Assembly (NCBI RefSeq): GCF_000374525.1
Contig: NZ_KB894577.1
Location: 154,126-186,125, forward strand
Direction of reading: 5' to 3'
DNA length: 32,000 nt
Origin: Amorphus coralli DSM 19760
Lineage (GTDB): Bacteria; Pseudomonadota; Alphaproteobacteria; Rhizobiales; Amorphaceae
Shown: one piece after another, positions 24,598 to 32,000 of the stretch
How positions within the stretch are numbered: position 1 is the first letter of the stretch
Layout: each line of letters starts with the position of its first letter
Made by a program: the position numbers and the translations under genes
The notes under the pieces: generated by a model
The model's input: the letters and a program-made list of their open reading frames with translations, nothing else
The model's database searches: none
What the model was told of the DNA's origin: nothing

Positions 24598-24626
24598 ACC
24601 CTAGCGAACCAGCGTCACGATGTCAA
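24598..24626 (-). promoter_or_regulatory. candidate sigma70-type promoter facing the GTA cluster
   Basis: Minus strand: A-tract, TTGACA (24626-24621), 17-nt spacer, TAGGGT (24603-24598). It sits at the AT-rich islet / repeat boundary, about 540 nt upstream of g1. Confidence 0.3.
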
Positions 24627-24703
24627 GGATTTTTTTCCTAGTTATCTACGTGCCTTCGCTTAACGAAGTTGGCCAGAGATCCCCAAGTGTAAAATGCCGA
24701 ACA

Positions 24704-25315
24704 TCACTCCTTAAGATCAGGAAGAATACTCCCGAAAATTCCTGGAACAGCTGGGAGACCAAGTGCACCTATCCCGAATGGCGCTGAAATGGGCGATGTG
24801 GATTGGCGATACATAAGCGCGGCGACTACGCTGCTCTTTGAAAGGGCCTCGCAGAGGCTGTGCATTTTTATTTTAAGGGCATCAACCTCCATAACTTCGT
24901 CATAGAAGCGCTTTGCCGGCCATACTTCGTCAGGCACATCAAGCTTGCTACTAGCCTTTACCACGAGAAATCGAACGGAGCCCGCATCATCATTCTCCGG
25001 ACCAAACAGGTCATGAGCCATCATATTCCTAATCGGCGACTTATCTGAAATTCTTTGGAGCGCGGATTTATAGGACGTTATCTCATCTCTATTTAGAGGC
25101 GAAATATCGACTAAAGTCTTAGAAATTTTGATTTTATTACTAAGTGTAATGTTTTTACATAGGATTATTCTTTGGATATCGGTTAATTCAAGACTTTTTG
25201 AGATGGCGTTGTTCAACGAGCCTTCCATGATAGCCCAGCGTTGAAGGAAGAATCCAACGAGAGCACATGCAGCAATTTGCGAAGGAGTATTTTCAGGAAG
25301 TCGCACTGACCGCAC
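24704..25315 (-). CDS. HEPN-motif protein (putative RNase toxin / abortive-infection effector) in an AT-rich islet
   Basis: 203-aa ORF (GTG start; alternative starts downstream). R-x4-H motif with the canonical Asn (IRNMMAHD, residues 96-101). Hydrophobic Gly-rich C-terminus FGIGALGLPAVPGIFGSIL. Base composition is clearly AT-richer than the flanks. Confidence 0.5.
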   Translation of the reverse strand: MRSVRLPENTPSQIAACALVGFFLQRWAIMEGSLNNAISKSLELTDIQRIILCKNITLSNKIKISKTLVDISPLNRDEITSYKSALQRISDKSPIRNMMAHDLFGPENDDAGSVRFLVVKASSKLDVPDEVWPAKRFYDEVMEVDALKIKMHSLCEALSKSSVVAALMYRQSTSPISAPFGIGALGLPAVPGIFGSILPDLKE

Positions 25316-25354
25316 CCCAATTCATTGAAGAAGGCGCTCAATTATAATAGGGGC

Positions 25355-25525
25355 CTATCGATCCGCGATATATTCAAGTATCTCTCGGATCGAGGTTATC
25401 TCGAATCTTATCCGGGTAATCTCATCAACCAAATAGCTAAGTTGTATTCCAGGCATATTGTCAATAGAGACGCCCTCAGTCTGTTTAGCCCTCTCTTTAA
25501 TGACCTCTTCCGCATTGTGGTGCAC
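25355..25525 (-). CDS. small acidic hypothetical protein (56 aa) upstream of the HEPN gene
   Basis: Not in the ORF track (below the size cut-off). GTG 25525 lies 5 nt after AGGAGG. Sequence: VHHNAEEVIKERAKQTEGVSIDNMPGIQLSYLVDEITRIRFEITSIREILEYIADR. Confidence 0.35.
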   Translation of the reverse strand: MHHNAEEVIKERAKQTEGVSIDNMPGIQLSYLVDEITRIRFEITSIREILEYIADR

Positions 25526-25597
25526 AGCATCCTCCTATGATTGTTGTATAGGGATGATACCATCGACACCTTCCATGTCACGCCCATCCCCTTCACT

Positions 25598-26008
25598 CCG
25601 CTCATTCCCGCGAAGGCGGGAATCCAGGGCTGCGGGCATCAGGGCAAGCTGTCGTAGAGATCGCTCCAGGTCGGGTTCAGCCCTTCGATCAGTCGAAGCT
25701 TCCAGCGCCGGCGCCACTTCTTGATCTGCCGCTCGCGCACGAAGGCGGCCTCGCGGGTGTCATGCACCTCGTACCAGACCAGCCCGGCAACGCCGTAGGT
25801 TCGGGTGAAGCCCGGCCTGAGCCTGGTCCGATGCTCGTGGACGCGTCGGGCAAGATCGTCCGTATGGCCCGTATAGAGCGTCCCGTTCGGCTCGCTGGCG
25901 AGAATGTAGACGTAGAAGGCCATCGGTCCGCCGCCGCTGCTGTCCGGCAGTCTACAGCATCCTGCAGCGCAAGCCGCCCTGGATTCCCGCCTTCGCGGGA
26001 ATGAGCGG
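25598..26008. mobile_element. GIY-YIG gene flanked by perfect 33-bp terminal inverted repeats of family A (candidate autonomous/parent unit of the repeat family)
   Basis: 25598-25630, CCGCTCATTCCCGCGAAGGCGGGAATCCAGGGC, is the exact reverse complement of 25976-26008. Only the GIY-YIG ORF lies between them. Confidence 0.5.
25639..25923 (-). CDS. GIY-YIG (URI-domain only) nuclease family protein
   Basis: 94 aa. MAFYVYILASEPNGTLYTGHTDDLARRVHEH...E.QIKKW is the classic COG2827-type GIY-YIG core. Confidence 0.9.
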   Translation of the reverse strand: MAFYVYILASEPNGTLYTGHTDDLARRVHEHRTRLRPGFTRTYGVAGLVWYEVHDTREAAFVRERQIKKWRRRWKLRLIEGLNPTWSDLYDSLP

Positions 26009-26055
26009 CGTTTGGGGTGGCGCGCGGTGCCTCCTCAACCGGCCTCCCCCCACCC

Positions 26056-26559
26056 TCACGCCACCTCGTCGGTGCGTTCCCGGTCCCGGCGCTTTACCGC
26101 CCGCTCGTTCGCCCAATCCAAAAGATTGGCCTCTACGACGGTCCCGGTGGTGACCTGTCCCCGCCGGTGCAGCCAGGCAGCCACTTCGGACCAGTCCCAG
26201 AGCGGCGCCTCCGACGAGACCTTGGCGACCGCAGCCGGGAACCCCTGTCCCCGCTCGCCCCGGGCAAAAAGACTGACGGCCTGACGGCTGATCCCGGCGC
26301 GCTCGGCGATGTCGGAAGCCGTGACCAGCGCATCGGGCTCGATCCGCTCGATGCGCGCGCCGGCCCGTTCCACATCGGCGACGGCCGAGGCGATCGCGTG
26401 GACGAGATTCTTCGCTTCCCGGTCGAAGTCCAGCAGGATCCGGCCGCGCACCACCGACACCGTCGCGTCGTCGCAGCCAGCCTCGTAGAGGCGGTCCTCC
26501 AGCGCATCGGATGCATGATCCAGCCCCGACGCCACGATGATGAATCTATGCGCCTTCAT
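26056..26559 (-). CDS. DNA-binding protein: HicB-like N-terminal domain plus HTH (putative antitoxin)
   Basis: ATG 26559 is preceded by GGGAGG. 167 aa. HTH segment LVTASDIAERAGISRQAVSLFARGER. It lies 17 nt downstream of the HicA-like ORF. Confidence 0.5.
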   Translation of the reverse strand: MKAHRFIIVASGLDHASDALEDRLYEAGCDDATVSVVRGRILLDFDREAKNLVHAIASAVADVERAGARIERIEPDALVTASDIAERAGISRQAVSLFARGERGQGFPAAVAKVSSEAPLWDWSEVAAWLHRRGQVTTGTVVEANLLDWANERAVKRRDRERTDEVA

Positions 26560-26575
26560 CGGCACCTCCCTGACA

Positions 26576-26803
26576 TCAATGCGCGCACCTCGCCGCCGCC
26601 CGGCGTATCGCCGCGGCATGATTGGCCGGACTCCGGGGCGTCGACCAGACGGAGATCCGGCACCCGGACCGGTCATGCTGCGGGCAGAGCAGCCGCCCCC
26701 AGCAGTGAGCGCTTCGGCCCGCAGCCTTGAACGTCCATCCGAGCGCCTCGAGTTCGGCCACCGCCGCCTCGATGTCCTTGTCCGGATGCCGGGGCCTGCG
26801 CAT
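26576..26803 (-). CDS. small HicA-like (alpha-beta3-alpha pattern) protein, putative toxin
   Basis: ATG 26803 is preceded by GGAGAG. 75 aa. DIEAAVAELEALGWTFKAAGRSAHCWGRLLCP...CRISVWSTP...NHAAAIRR resembles the HicA layout, with SAH in place of GSH. The family assignment is uncertain. Confidence 0.4.
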   Translation of the reverse strand: MRRPRHPDKDIEAAVAELEALGWTFKAAGRSAHCWGRLLCPQHDRSGCRISVWSTPRSPANHAAAIRRAAARCAH

Positions 26804-26825
26804 CGCTCTCTCCAATCTGGAGTAT

Positions 26826-26843
26826 TGTTGACATTTGTCAACA
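26826..26843. promoter_or_regulatory. perfect palindromic operator containing TTGACA on both strands
   Basis: TGTTGACA-TT-TGTCAACA, 23 nt upstream of the HicA-like start. Confidence 0.5.
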
Positions 26844-27095
26844 CTGCTTTGTCAGCAACCAAGGCGCGCATGATGCCTTCCCAACCACCTGACGAAAAGA
26901 AGGAGAAGCACCGCTCATGCCCGACCCCACCCCCGGAAAATCGAAAATCCGCGCGGCCCCATCCGCGCCTCTCCCCGGAAACCCGCCGCTTTGCGTCGAT
27001 CGGCAAAAATGGATTTCTTTGACAAATTCGTTTTTCTGATCTTTTCTGGACCGGCGTCACCTGCAGGCGAACACGCCGCAATCCGGAGGATCATC

Positions 27096-28286
27096 ATGAA
27101 GTCAACCGCCCTCGCGGCCACGCTCGGAGCCGTGCTCGTCGCCGGCGCCGCCCAGGCCGACCCGATCAAAGTCGGATTCATCTCGACCTTTTCCGGCCCC
27201 GCCGCCTTTTCCGGCGACTATGCCAAGAAGGGCGTCGAGCTCTTCATGAAGGAAAATCCGGACGCCTTCGGCGACCACGAGATCCAGATCATCGAGCGCG
27301 ACGACACCGGCCCCAATCCGGAAGTCGCCAAGCGCCTCGCCCAGGAGCTGATCGTCCAGGACGACGTCGACGTCATCATGGGCATCCAGTTCTCCAACAA
27401 CGCCTTCGCCATCCTCGACGTGGCGAACGAGGCGGAAGTCCCGGTCATCATCTTCAACGCCGCGACCTCGTCGATCACCGAGGCCTCGCCCTACGTGGTC
27501 CGTGTCAGCCGCACCATGTGGCAGTCGTCCTATCCGCTCGGCGCCTACGCCCACGACAAGCTGGGCCTGACCAAGATCGCGACCTTCTATGCCGACTACG
27601 CGCCGGGCAAAGACGCCAGCGCCGCCTTCACCGAGGGCTTCGAGAAGGCCGGCGGCGAGATCGTCGACGCCATTCCGCTGCCGTTCCCGCAGACGCCGGA
27701 CTTCACACCCTTCCTGCAGCGCATCAAGGCGTCGGGCGCCGACGGCGTGTTCGCCTTCATGCCGTCCGGCCCCTACTCCACCGCCTTCGTGAAGACCTAC
27801 GTCAATCTCGGCCTCAAGGAGAGCGTCAAGCTCATCGGCCCGGGCGACATCGCGCCGCCGGCCGAGCTCGACAAGATGGGCGAGGGCATCGAGGACGCCA
27901 TCATCACCTTCCACTATTCCGCGGCGGTGCCGGGCGAGGCGAACGCGAAGTTCCTGAAGGCCTGGAACGCCGCCTACCCGGACACCCCGGTCGATGCCTT
28001 CGCCGTGCAGGCCTATGACGGCATGGCGGCGCTCGCCGAGGCGGTGAAGAAGACCAATGGCGACTTCGACGCCGACAGCTTCGTCGACGCTCTCAAGGGC
28101 TGGGAACACGACAGCGCTCGCGGCCCGATCACCATCGATCCGGAAACCCGCGACGTTATCGGCAACCAGTACGTCCTCACCATCGTGAAGAACGATGCCG
28201 GCAAGCTGGAGGAAAAGCTGGTCGACACGCTCGAGGCGGTGAAGGATCCCTGGAAGGAGATGCACTCCGAGCAGAAGAAGAACTAA
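27096..28286 (+). CDS. branched-chain amino acid-type ABC transporter substrate-binding protein (LivJ/K-like)
   Basis: GGAGGA SD and a signal peptide. Periplasmic_binding_6-like sequence (IKVGFISTFSGPAA..., VDVIMG, ADGVFAF). Confidence 0.9.
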   Translation: MKSTALAATLGAVLVAGAAQADPIKVGFISTFSGPAAFSGDYAKKGVELFMKENPDAFGDHEIQIIERDDTGPNPEVAKRLAQELIVQDDVDVIMGIQFSNNAFAILDVANEAEVPVIIFNAATSSITEASPYVVRVSRTMWQSSYPLGAYAHDKLGLTKIATFYADYAPGKDASAAFTEGFEKAGGEIVDAIPLPFPQTPDFTPFLQRIKASGADGVFAFMPSGPYSTAFVKTYVNLGLKESVKLIGPGDIAPPAELDKMGEGIEDAIITFHYSAAVPGEANAKFLKAWNAAYPDTPVDAFAVQAYDGMAALAEAVKKTNGDFDADSFVDALKGWEHDSARGPITIDPETRDVIGNQYVLTIVKNDAGKLEEKLVDTLEAVKDPWKEMHSEQKKN

Positions 28287-28511
28287 CCTGGGTGGATTGC
28301 CGGCCCGGCGCGCCCTCGGGCGCCACGGGCCGGGTCCGCTGCGGGGCCGGCGCCGTGTGTCCGGTTCCCGTTCCCGGTTCGCGGGCTGGCCCGGCCAGCC
28401 CGTCCTCCTCCGGGTGGGGACGGCAGGATCCGGCCAGGCCAACGCAGCCGGCGCCCTCCTGCCCTCCCGATCCGACGCCCCGACCAGCGCCAAGGCCGGT
28501 GTAGCCCGCTC

Positions 28512-29381
28512 ATGACGAGCCTGTTCCTCTCCATCGCCTTCGACGGCATCGCCTACGGCATGCTGCTCTTCACCATCACCATCGGCCTGTCGATCACGAT
28601 GGGGGTGATGAACTTCGTCAATCTCGCCCACGGCGCCTTCGCCATGGGCGGCGGCTACCTGCTTGTGGTGCTCGCCGGGTCCCTCGGCCTCCCCTTCGTC
28701 CCGAGCCTCATCCTCATCGCGCTCACCTTCCTGGTGATCGGCGCGGTCTTCGAGCGGGTGCTCGCCCGCCGCTTCTACGGTGCGAGCCCGCTGCTGCAGG
28801 TGCTGCTCACCATCGGCATCGTGTTCATCTCCATCGCCGCGGCGACCTATGTCTTCGGACCGCTCAGCGCCGGCATCCGGATCCCGGAGTGGCTGCAGGG
28901 CCGGTTCACCGTCGGCACCATGTCCTTCCCCGTCTACCGGACGATGGTCATCGGCTTCGGCATCGCGCTGGCGCTGGTCCTCTGGTTCGTGCTCGACCGC
29001 ACGCTGATCGGCGCCAAGGTGCGCGCCGCCGTGTCGAACCGCGCCATGGCGGAGGGGGTCGGCATCAACGTGCCGCTGCTCTTTTCCGTCCTGTTCGGCG
29101 TCGGCTCGGCGCTGGCGGCCGTCGGCGGGGCCCTCTCCATCGAGATCTTCGGCCTGTCGCCCACCTACGCACTGGATTACCTGGTCCTGGTGCTGCTGGT
29201 GGTGATCGTCGGCGGCATGGGGTCGATCCGCGGCGCCTTCGCCGCCTCGCTGCTGATCGGCGTCATCGACAACGCCGGCAAGTTCCTGCTGCCCCATTCG
29301 GGCGCGTTCCTGATCTACCTCGTGGCCTTCGCCGTGTTGATCTGGCGCCCGTCGGGCCTGTTCTCGACCGTGGAGCACTGA
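28512..29381 (+). CDS. ABC transporter permease (LivH-like)
   Basis: 289 aa polytopic protein with FVNLAHGAF and GGMGSIRGAF motifs. Confidence 0.9.
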   Translation: MTSLFLSIAFDGIAYGMLLFTITIGLSITMGVMNFVNLAHGAFAMGGGYLLVVLAGSLGLPFVPSLILIALTFLVIGAVFERVLARRFYGASPLLQVLLTIGIVFISIAAATYVFGPLSAGIRIPEWLQGRFTVGTMSFPVYRTMVIGFGIALALVLWFVLDRTLIGAKVRAAVSNRAMAEGVGINVPLLFSVLFGVGSALAAVGGALSIEIFGLSPTYALDYLVLVLLVVIVGGMGSIRGAFAASLLIGVIDNAGKFLLPHSGAFLIYLVAFAVLIWRPSGLFSTVEH

Positions 29382-29383
29382 GC

Positions 29384-30382
29384 ATGGCCGAGCCGAACAC
29401 CCTGCGCGGCAGGTTCACCCAGGTCGAGGGGCCGCTCTGGCTCCTCGTGCCGATCTATCTTGCCGCCGTCGCCTACTTCTACCTGATGGGCAACCAGCTC
29501 CACCTCGGCATGGCCGTGGTGAACATGATCATCCTGGCGCTCTCCATCGACTTCATCCTCGGCTTCGCCGGGATCAACTCGCTGGGCCAGGCCGCGCTGT
29601 CGGGTGCCGGGGCCTACATGGCCGGCTTCCTGCCGGTCTATTTCGGCTGGGCGGAGCCGATCACCGGCCTTCTCGTCGCCGGTCTGGTCGGCGCCGTCAT
29701 GGCCTACGTCACCGGCATCATCGCGCTGCGCGGCGGTGAGCTCACCGTGCTCGCCATGACCATTATCGTGGCCGCCATCCTCTACGAGTTCGCCAACTCC
29801 TACCAGGACATCACCGGCGGCTTCGACGGCCTGCGCGGCATCGACATCGACCGGGTCTTCGGCCTCTTCAAGTTCGACCTGTGGGGGCGCACCGGCTTCG
29901 TCTACTCCGTCTGCGTCCTGTTCGTGGTCCACATCGCGCTCAGGGTCATCGTCAATTCGCCCTTCGGCGTGATGATGCGCGGCCTGCGCGAGAACCCGGT
30001 CCGCATGCGGGCGCTGGGCACCCCAGTCTTCCACCGGCTGCTGATCATCTACGCCATCGGCGGCTTCGTCGCGGGCATCGCCGGCGGCCTGCAGACCCAG
30101 ACCCACGAGTTCGTGTCGATGGAGGTCTTCGCCTTCCACGTCTCCGCCACCGCCCTCACCGTGGTGATCATCGGCGGGCTCGGCCGGCTCTACGGCGCCT
30201 TCATCGGCGCGGTCATCTACGTCGTCTTCCAGGACGTCTTCGCCAAGATGGCCCCGCAATACTGGTATTTCTGGCTGGGCCTGCTCCTCGTTCTGGTCGC
30301 GCTGTTCGCCCACGGCGGCGTGGTCAGCCTGATCGACAAGGCCGCCGCCCGGATCGGTCTCGCCGGGAGGCGCGCGCGATGA
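29384..30382 (+). CDS. ABC transporter permease (LivM-like)
   Basis: ATG 29384 lies 2 nt after the LivH-like stop. Contains GQAALSGAGAY and GGLGRLYGAFIGA motifs. Confidence 0.9.
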   Translation: MAEPNTLRGRFTQVEGPLWLLVPIYLAAVAYFYLMGNQLHLGMAVVNMIILALSIDFILGFAGINSLGQAALSGAGAYMAGFLPVYFGWAEPITGLLVAGLVGAVMAYVTGIIALRGGELTVLAMTIIVAAILYEFANSYQDITGGFDGLRGIDIDRVFGLFKFDLWGRTGFVYSVCVLFVVHIALRVIVNSPFGVMMRGLRENPVRMRALGTPVFHRLLIIYAIGGFVAGIAGGLQTQTHEFVSMEVFAFHVSATALTVVIIGGLGRLYGAFIGAVIYVVFQDVFAKMAPQYWYFWLGLLLVLVALFAHGGVVSLIDKAAARIGLAGRRAR

Positions 30383-31173
30383 GCACCGCAACCGTGAGCC
30401 CCTCCGCCGCCCCGACCGCCGACGGCCAGTCGCCGGTGCTGGCGGTGCGCGATCTCTGCCTCTCCTTCGGCGCCATCCGCGTCGCCCGCGACATCTCCTT
30501 CGATCTCGCCCGCGGAGAACGGCTTGCCCTGATCGGCCCCAACGGCGCCGGCAAGACCACCCTCATCAACCTGCTCACCGGCGTGCTCAAGCCCGACAGC
30601 GGGTCCGCCACGCTGGGCGGCCGCGACCTGCTCGCCCTCAAGCCTCACCAGCGGGTGCGCGCCGGGCTGGGCCGCACCTACCAGATCACCTCGCTGTTCC
30701 GGGCAATGACGGTGTTCGAGAACATCTTCGTCGCCGTTTCGGAGCGCATGGGCGCCTCCACCATGCTGTGGCGTCCGGCCTGGTCGCGCACCGACGTCTG
30801 CGCCGAGGTGGAGCGGATCCTGGAGATCGTCTCGCTCTCCGACGTGGCAAGCGAACCCATCTCCGATCTGCCCTACGGCCGACAGCGGCTGGTGGAGCTG
30901 GGCCTGGCGCTGGCCCTGGAGCCGAAGGTGCTGCTTCTCGACGAGCCCGCCGCCGGCATTCCTCACCGCGAGGCGGAGGTCGTCCAGCGCACCGTCGACC
31001 AGCTGCCCGACGACATCGCCATCATTCTGGTCGAGCACGACATGGACCTCGTCTTCCGCTTCGCCCGCGAGATCCTGGTGCTGGTGGAGGGCGCCGTCCT
31101 GCGCCGCGGCACGCCCGACGAGATCGCCGCCGACCCCGAGGTGAAGCGCATCTACCTGGGGACGTCGGAATGA
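30379..31173 (+). CDS. ABC transporter ATP-binding protein (LivG-like)
   Basis: ATGA overlap with the preceding gene. Walker A GPNGAGKTT, LSDLPYGRQR signature region, Walker B LLLDEPAAG. Confidence 0.9.
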   Translation: MSTATVSPSAAPTADGQSPVLAVRDLCLSFGAIRVARDISFDLARGERLALIGPNGAGKTTLINLLTGVLKPDSGSATLGGRDLLALKPHQRVRAGLGRTYQITSLFRAMTVFENIFVAVSERMGASTMLWRPAWSRTDVCAEVERILEIVSLSDVASEPISDLPYGRQRLVELGLALALEPKVLLLDEPAAGIPHREAEVVQRTVDQLPDDIAIILVEHDMDLVFRFAREILVLVEGAVLRRGTPDEIAADPEVKRIYLGTSE

Positions 31174-31928
31174 GCGCCGCAGCCCCCGCGCCGGCCGCCG
31201 CGTCCGGCGCCACCACCCGGCAGGCCGCCTCGCTGGCGCTGTCCTCCGTCACCGCCGGCTATGGCGAGCTGAAGATCCTCGTCGACCTGTCGCTCCGGGT
31301 GGACCCCGGCGAAACCGTCGGCATCATCGGCCGCAACGGCATGGGCAAGACAACGCTGCTGTCCACCATTGCCGGGCGCACCCGCGTCCACGCCGGCACG
31401 GTGGAGCTTTCCGGCCGCGACATCACCCGCGACAGCCGCGTCGCCCGCAGCAAGGCCGGGGTCGGGCTTGTGCCGCAGGAGCGCGAGGTGTTCCCGACCC
31501 TGACGGTGGAGGAGAACCTCCGGGTAGCCGCCCGCGACGGCGGCTGGACGCTGGATCGTGCTTACACCCTCTTCCCACGTCTCAAGGAGCGCCGGCAGAA
31601 TCTCGGCGCCCGGCTCTCCGGCGGCGAGCAGCAGATGCTGTCGATCGCCCGCGCCCTGATGTGCGATCCCGCGCTTCTGCTCATGGACGAGCCGTCCGAG
31701 GGCCTCGCCCCGGTCATCGTCGACGAGCTCTACGCGGCGCTCACCCGCATCGTGGCGGAGGAAGGCCTGACCCTGCTGCTCGTCGAGCAGAACGTCCACC
31801 GCGCCCTGTCCTTCGCCGACCGAGCCATCGGCCTGCGCAACGGCGAGATCGCCTTCGACGGCCCGTCGCGGACCCTGCTGGACGACGAGACCCAGCTCGA
31901 CCGCATCATGGGCGTGCGGGCCGACTGA
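31170..31928 (+). CDS. ABC transporter ATP-binding protein (LivF-like)
   Basis: ATGA overlap with the preceding gene. Walker A GRNGMGKTT, signature LSGGEQQML, Walker B LLLMDEPSEG. Confidence 0.9.
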   Translation: MSAAAPAPAAASGATTRQAASLALSSVTAGYGELKILVDLSLRVDPGETVGIIGRNGMGKTTLLSTIAGRTRVHAGTVELSGRDITRDSRVARSKAGVGLVPQEREVFPTLTVEENLRVAARDGGWTLDRAYTLFPRLKERRQNLGARLSGGEQQMLSIARALMCDPALLLMDEPSEGLAPVIVDELYAALTRIVAEEGLTLLLVEQNVHRALSFADRAIGLRNGEIAFDGPSRTLLDDETQLDRIMGVRAD

Positions 31929-32000
31929 CCGGAACAGTGCTGCCGCTGGCCATGGCGCCTGCCGCTCTGTAGCCTCTGCCTGCCCGAGAGGTGGTGCGGA

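Noticed and set aside
25325-25540. Plus-strand 71-aa ORF (TTG start) in the AT-rich islet, and minus-strand ORF 25408..25605
   Set aside because: The first has a TTG start with no SD. The second has its ATG directly abutting the AGGAGG (zero spacing). The alternative minus-strand 56-aa frame has proper SD spacing and is co-oriented with the HEPN gene. None can be proven from sequence alone.
24459-25630. AT-rich HEPN islet as cargo of a family A doublet (units at 24459-24491 and 25598-25630 flank it)
   Set aside because: The two flanking units face outward (right-arm type on the left, left-arm type on the right), opposite to the doublet/TIR configuration. Each belongs to a neighbouring element.
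27019-27047. TTGACA at 27019-27024 as the promoter of the ABC transporter operon
   Set aside because: No acceptable -10 hexamer lies at 16-18 nt spacing (TTTTCT/CTTTTC), so the evidence is too weak to list as a feature.
28287-28511. 225-bp GC-rich spacer between the binding-protein gene and the first permease gene as another copy of the repeat families
   Set aside because: It shares only about 11 nt (CTCCGGGTGGG) with module C and has no family A or B hairpin. It probably holds ordinary intra-operon stem-loops; this is unresolved.
27102-30391. Minus-strand ORFs of 758 aa and 358 aa opposite the ABC transporter operon; similar cases at 1535..2890 (-), 4626..5918 (+), 385..1410 (-) and 21930..23105 (+)
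   Set aside because: Same GC-driven artefact. The opposite-strand genes have clear family motifs, SDs and stop/start coupling.

Overview
High-GC, alphaproteobacterial-type chromosomal segment; all calls come from reading the sequence and ORF track, with no database search. Left (1-4430): a PepSY / OmpR-type response regulator / sensor-kinase operon (-), then bactofilin, an AI-2E transporter, a Cys-rich secreted protein and an OmpA-family protein (+). Centre (4450-24057, all minus strand): an RcGTA-type gene transfer agent (GTA) head-tail cluster with canonical g1-g15 order. After a 650-bp spacer it is followed by an M15 endolysin / i-spanin / overlapping o-spanin cassette. The GTA operon is atypical. 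At least 8 gene junctions, plus the interior of g1, are filled with three families of GC-rich hairpin repeats (about 3 kb in total). Apparent lesions are an expanded g1, a short portal, a frameshifted g14 and a g10.1 that has lost its start; a foreign secreted-protein gene sits between g8 and g9. Right (24600-26850): an AT-rich islet with a HEPN-motif protein and a small acidic ORF, a 94-aa GIY-YIG nuclease gene, and a HicA-like / HTH pair with a palindromic operator. The GIY-YIG gene is bracketed by perfect 33-bp inverted copies of the same hairpin repeat that litters the GTA cluster. From 27096 a Liv-type ABC transporter operon (+) runs to the window end. The most interesting hypothesis is a GIY-YIG-associated, REPIN-like repeat system that has colonised a GTA operon. 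No rRNA, tRNA or CRISPR array was recognised.
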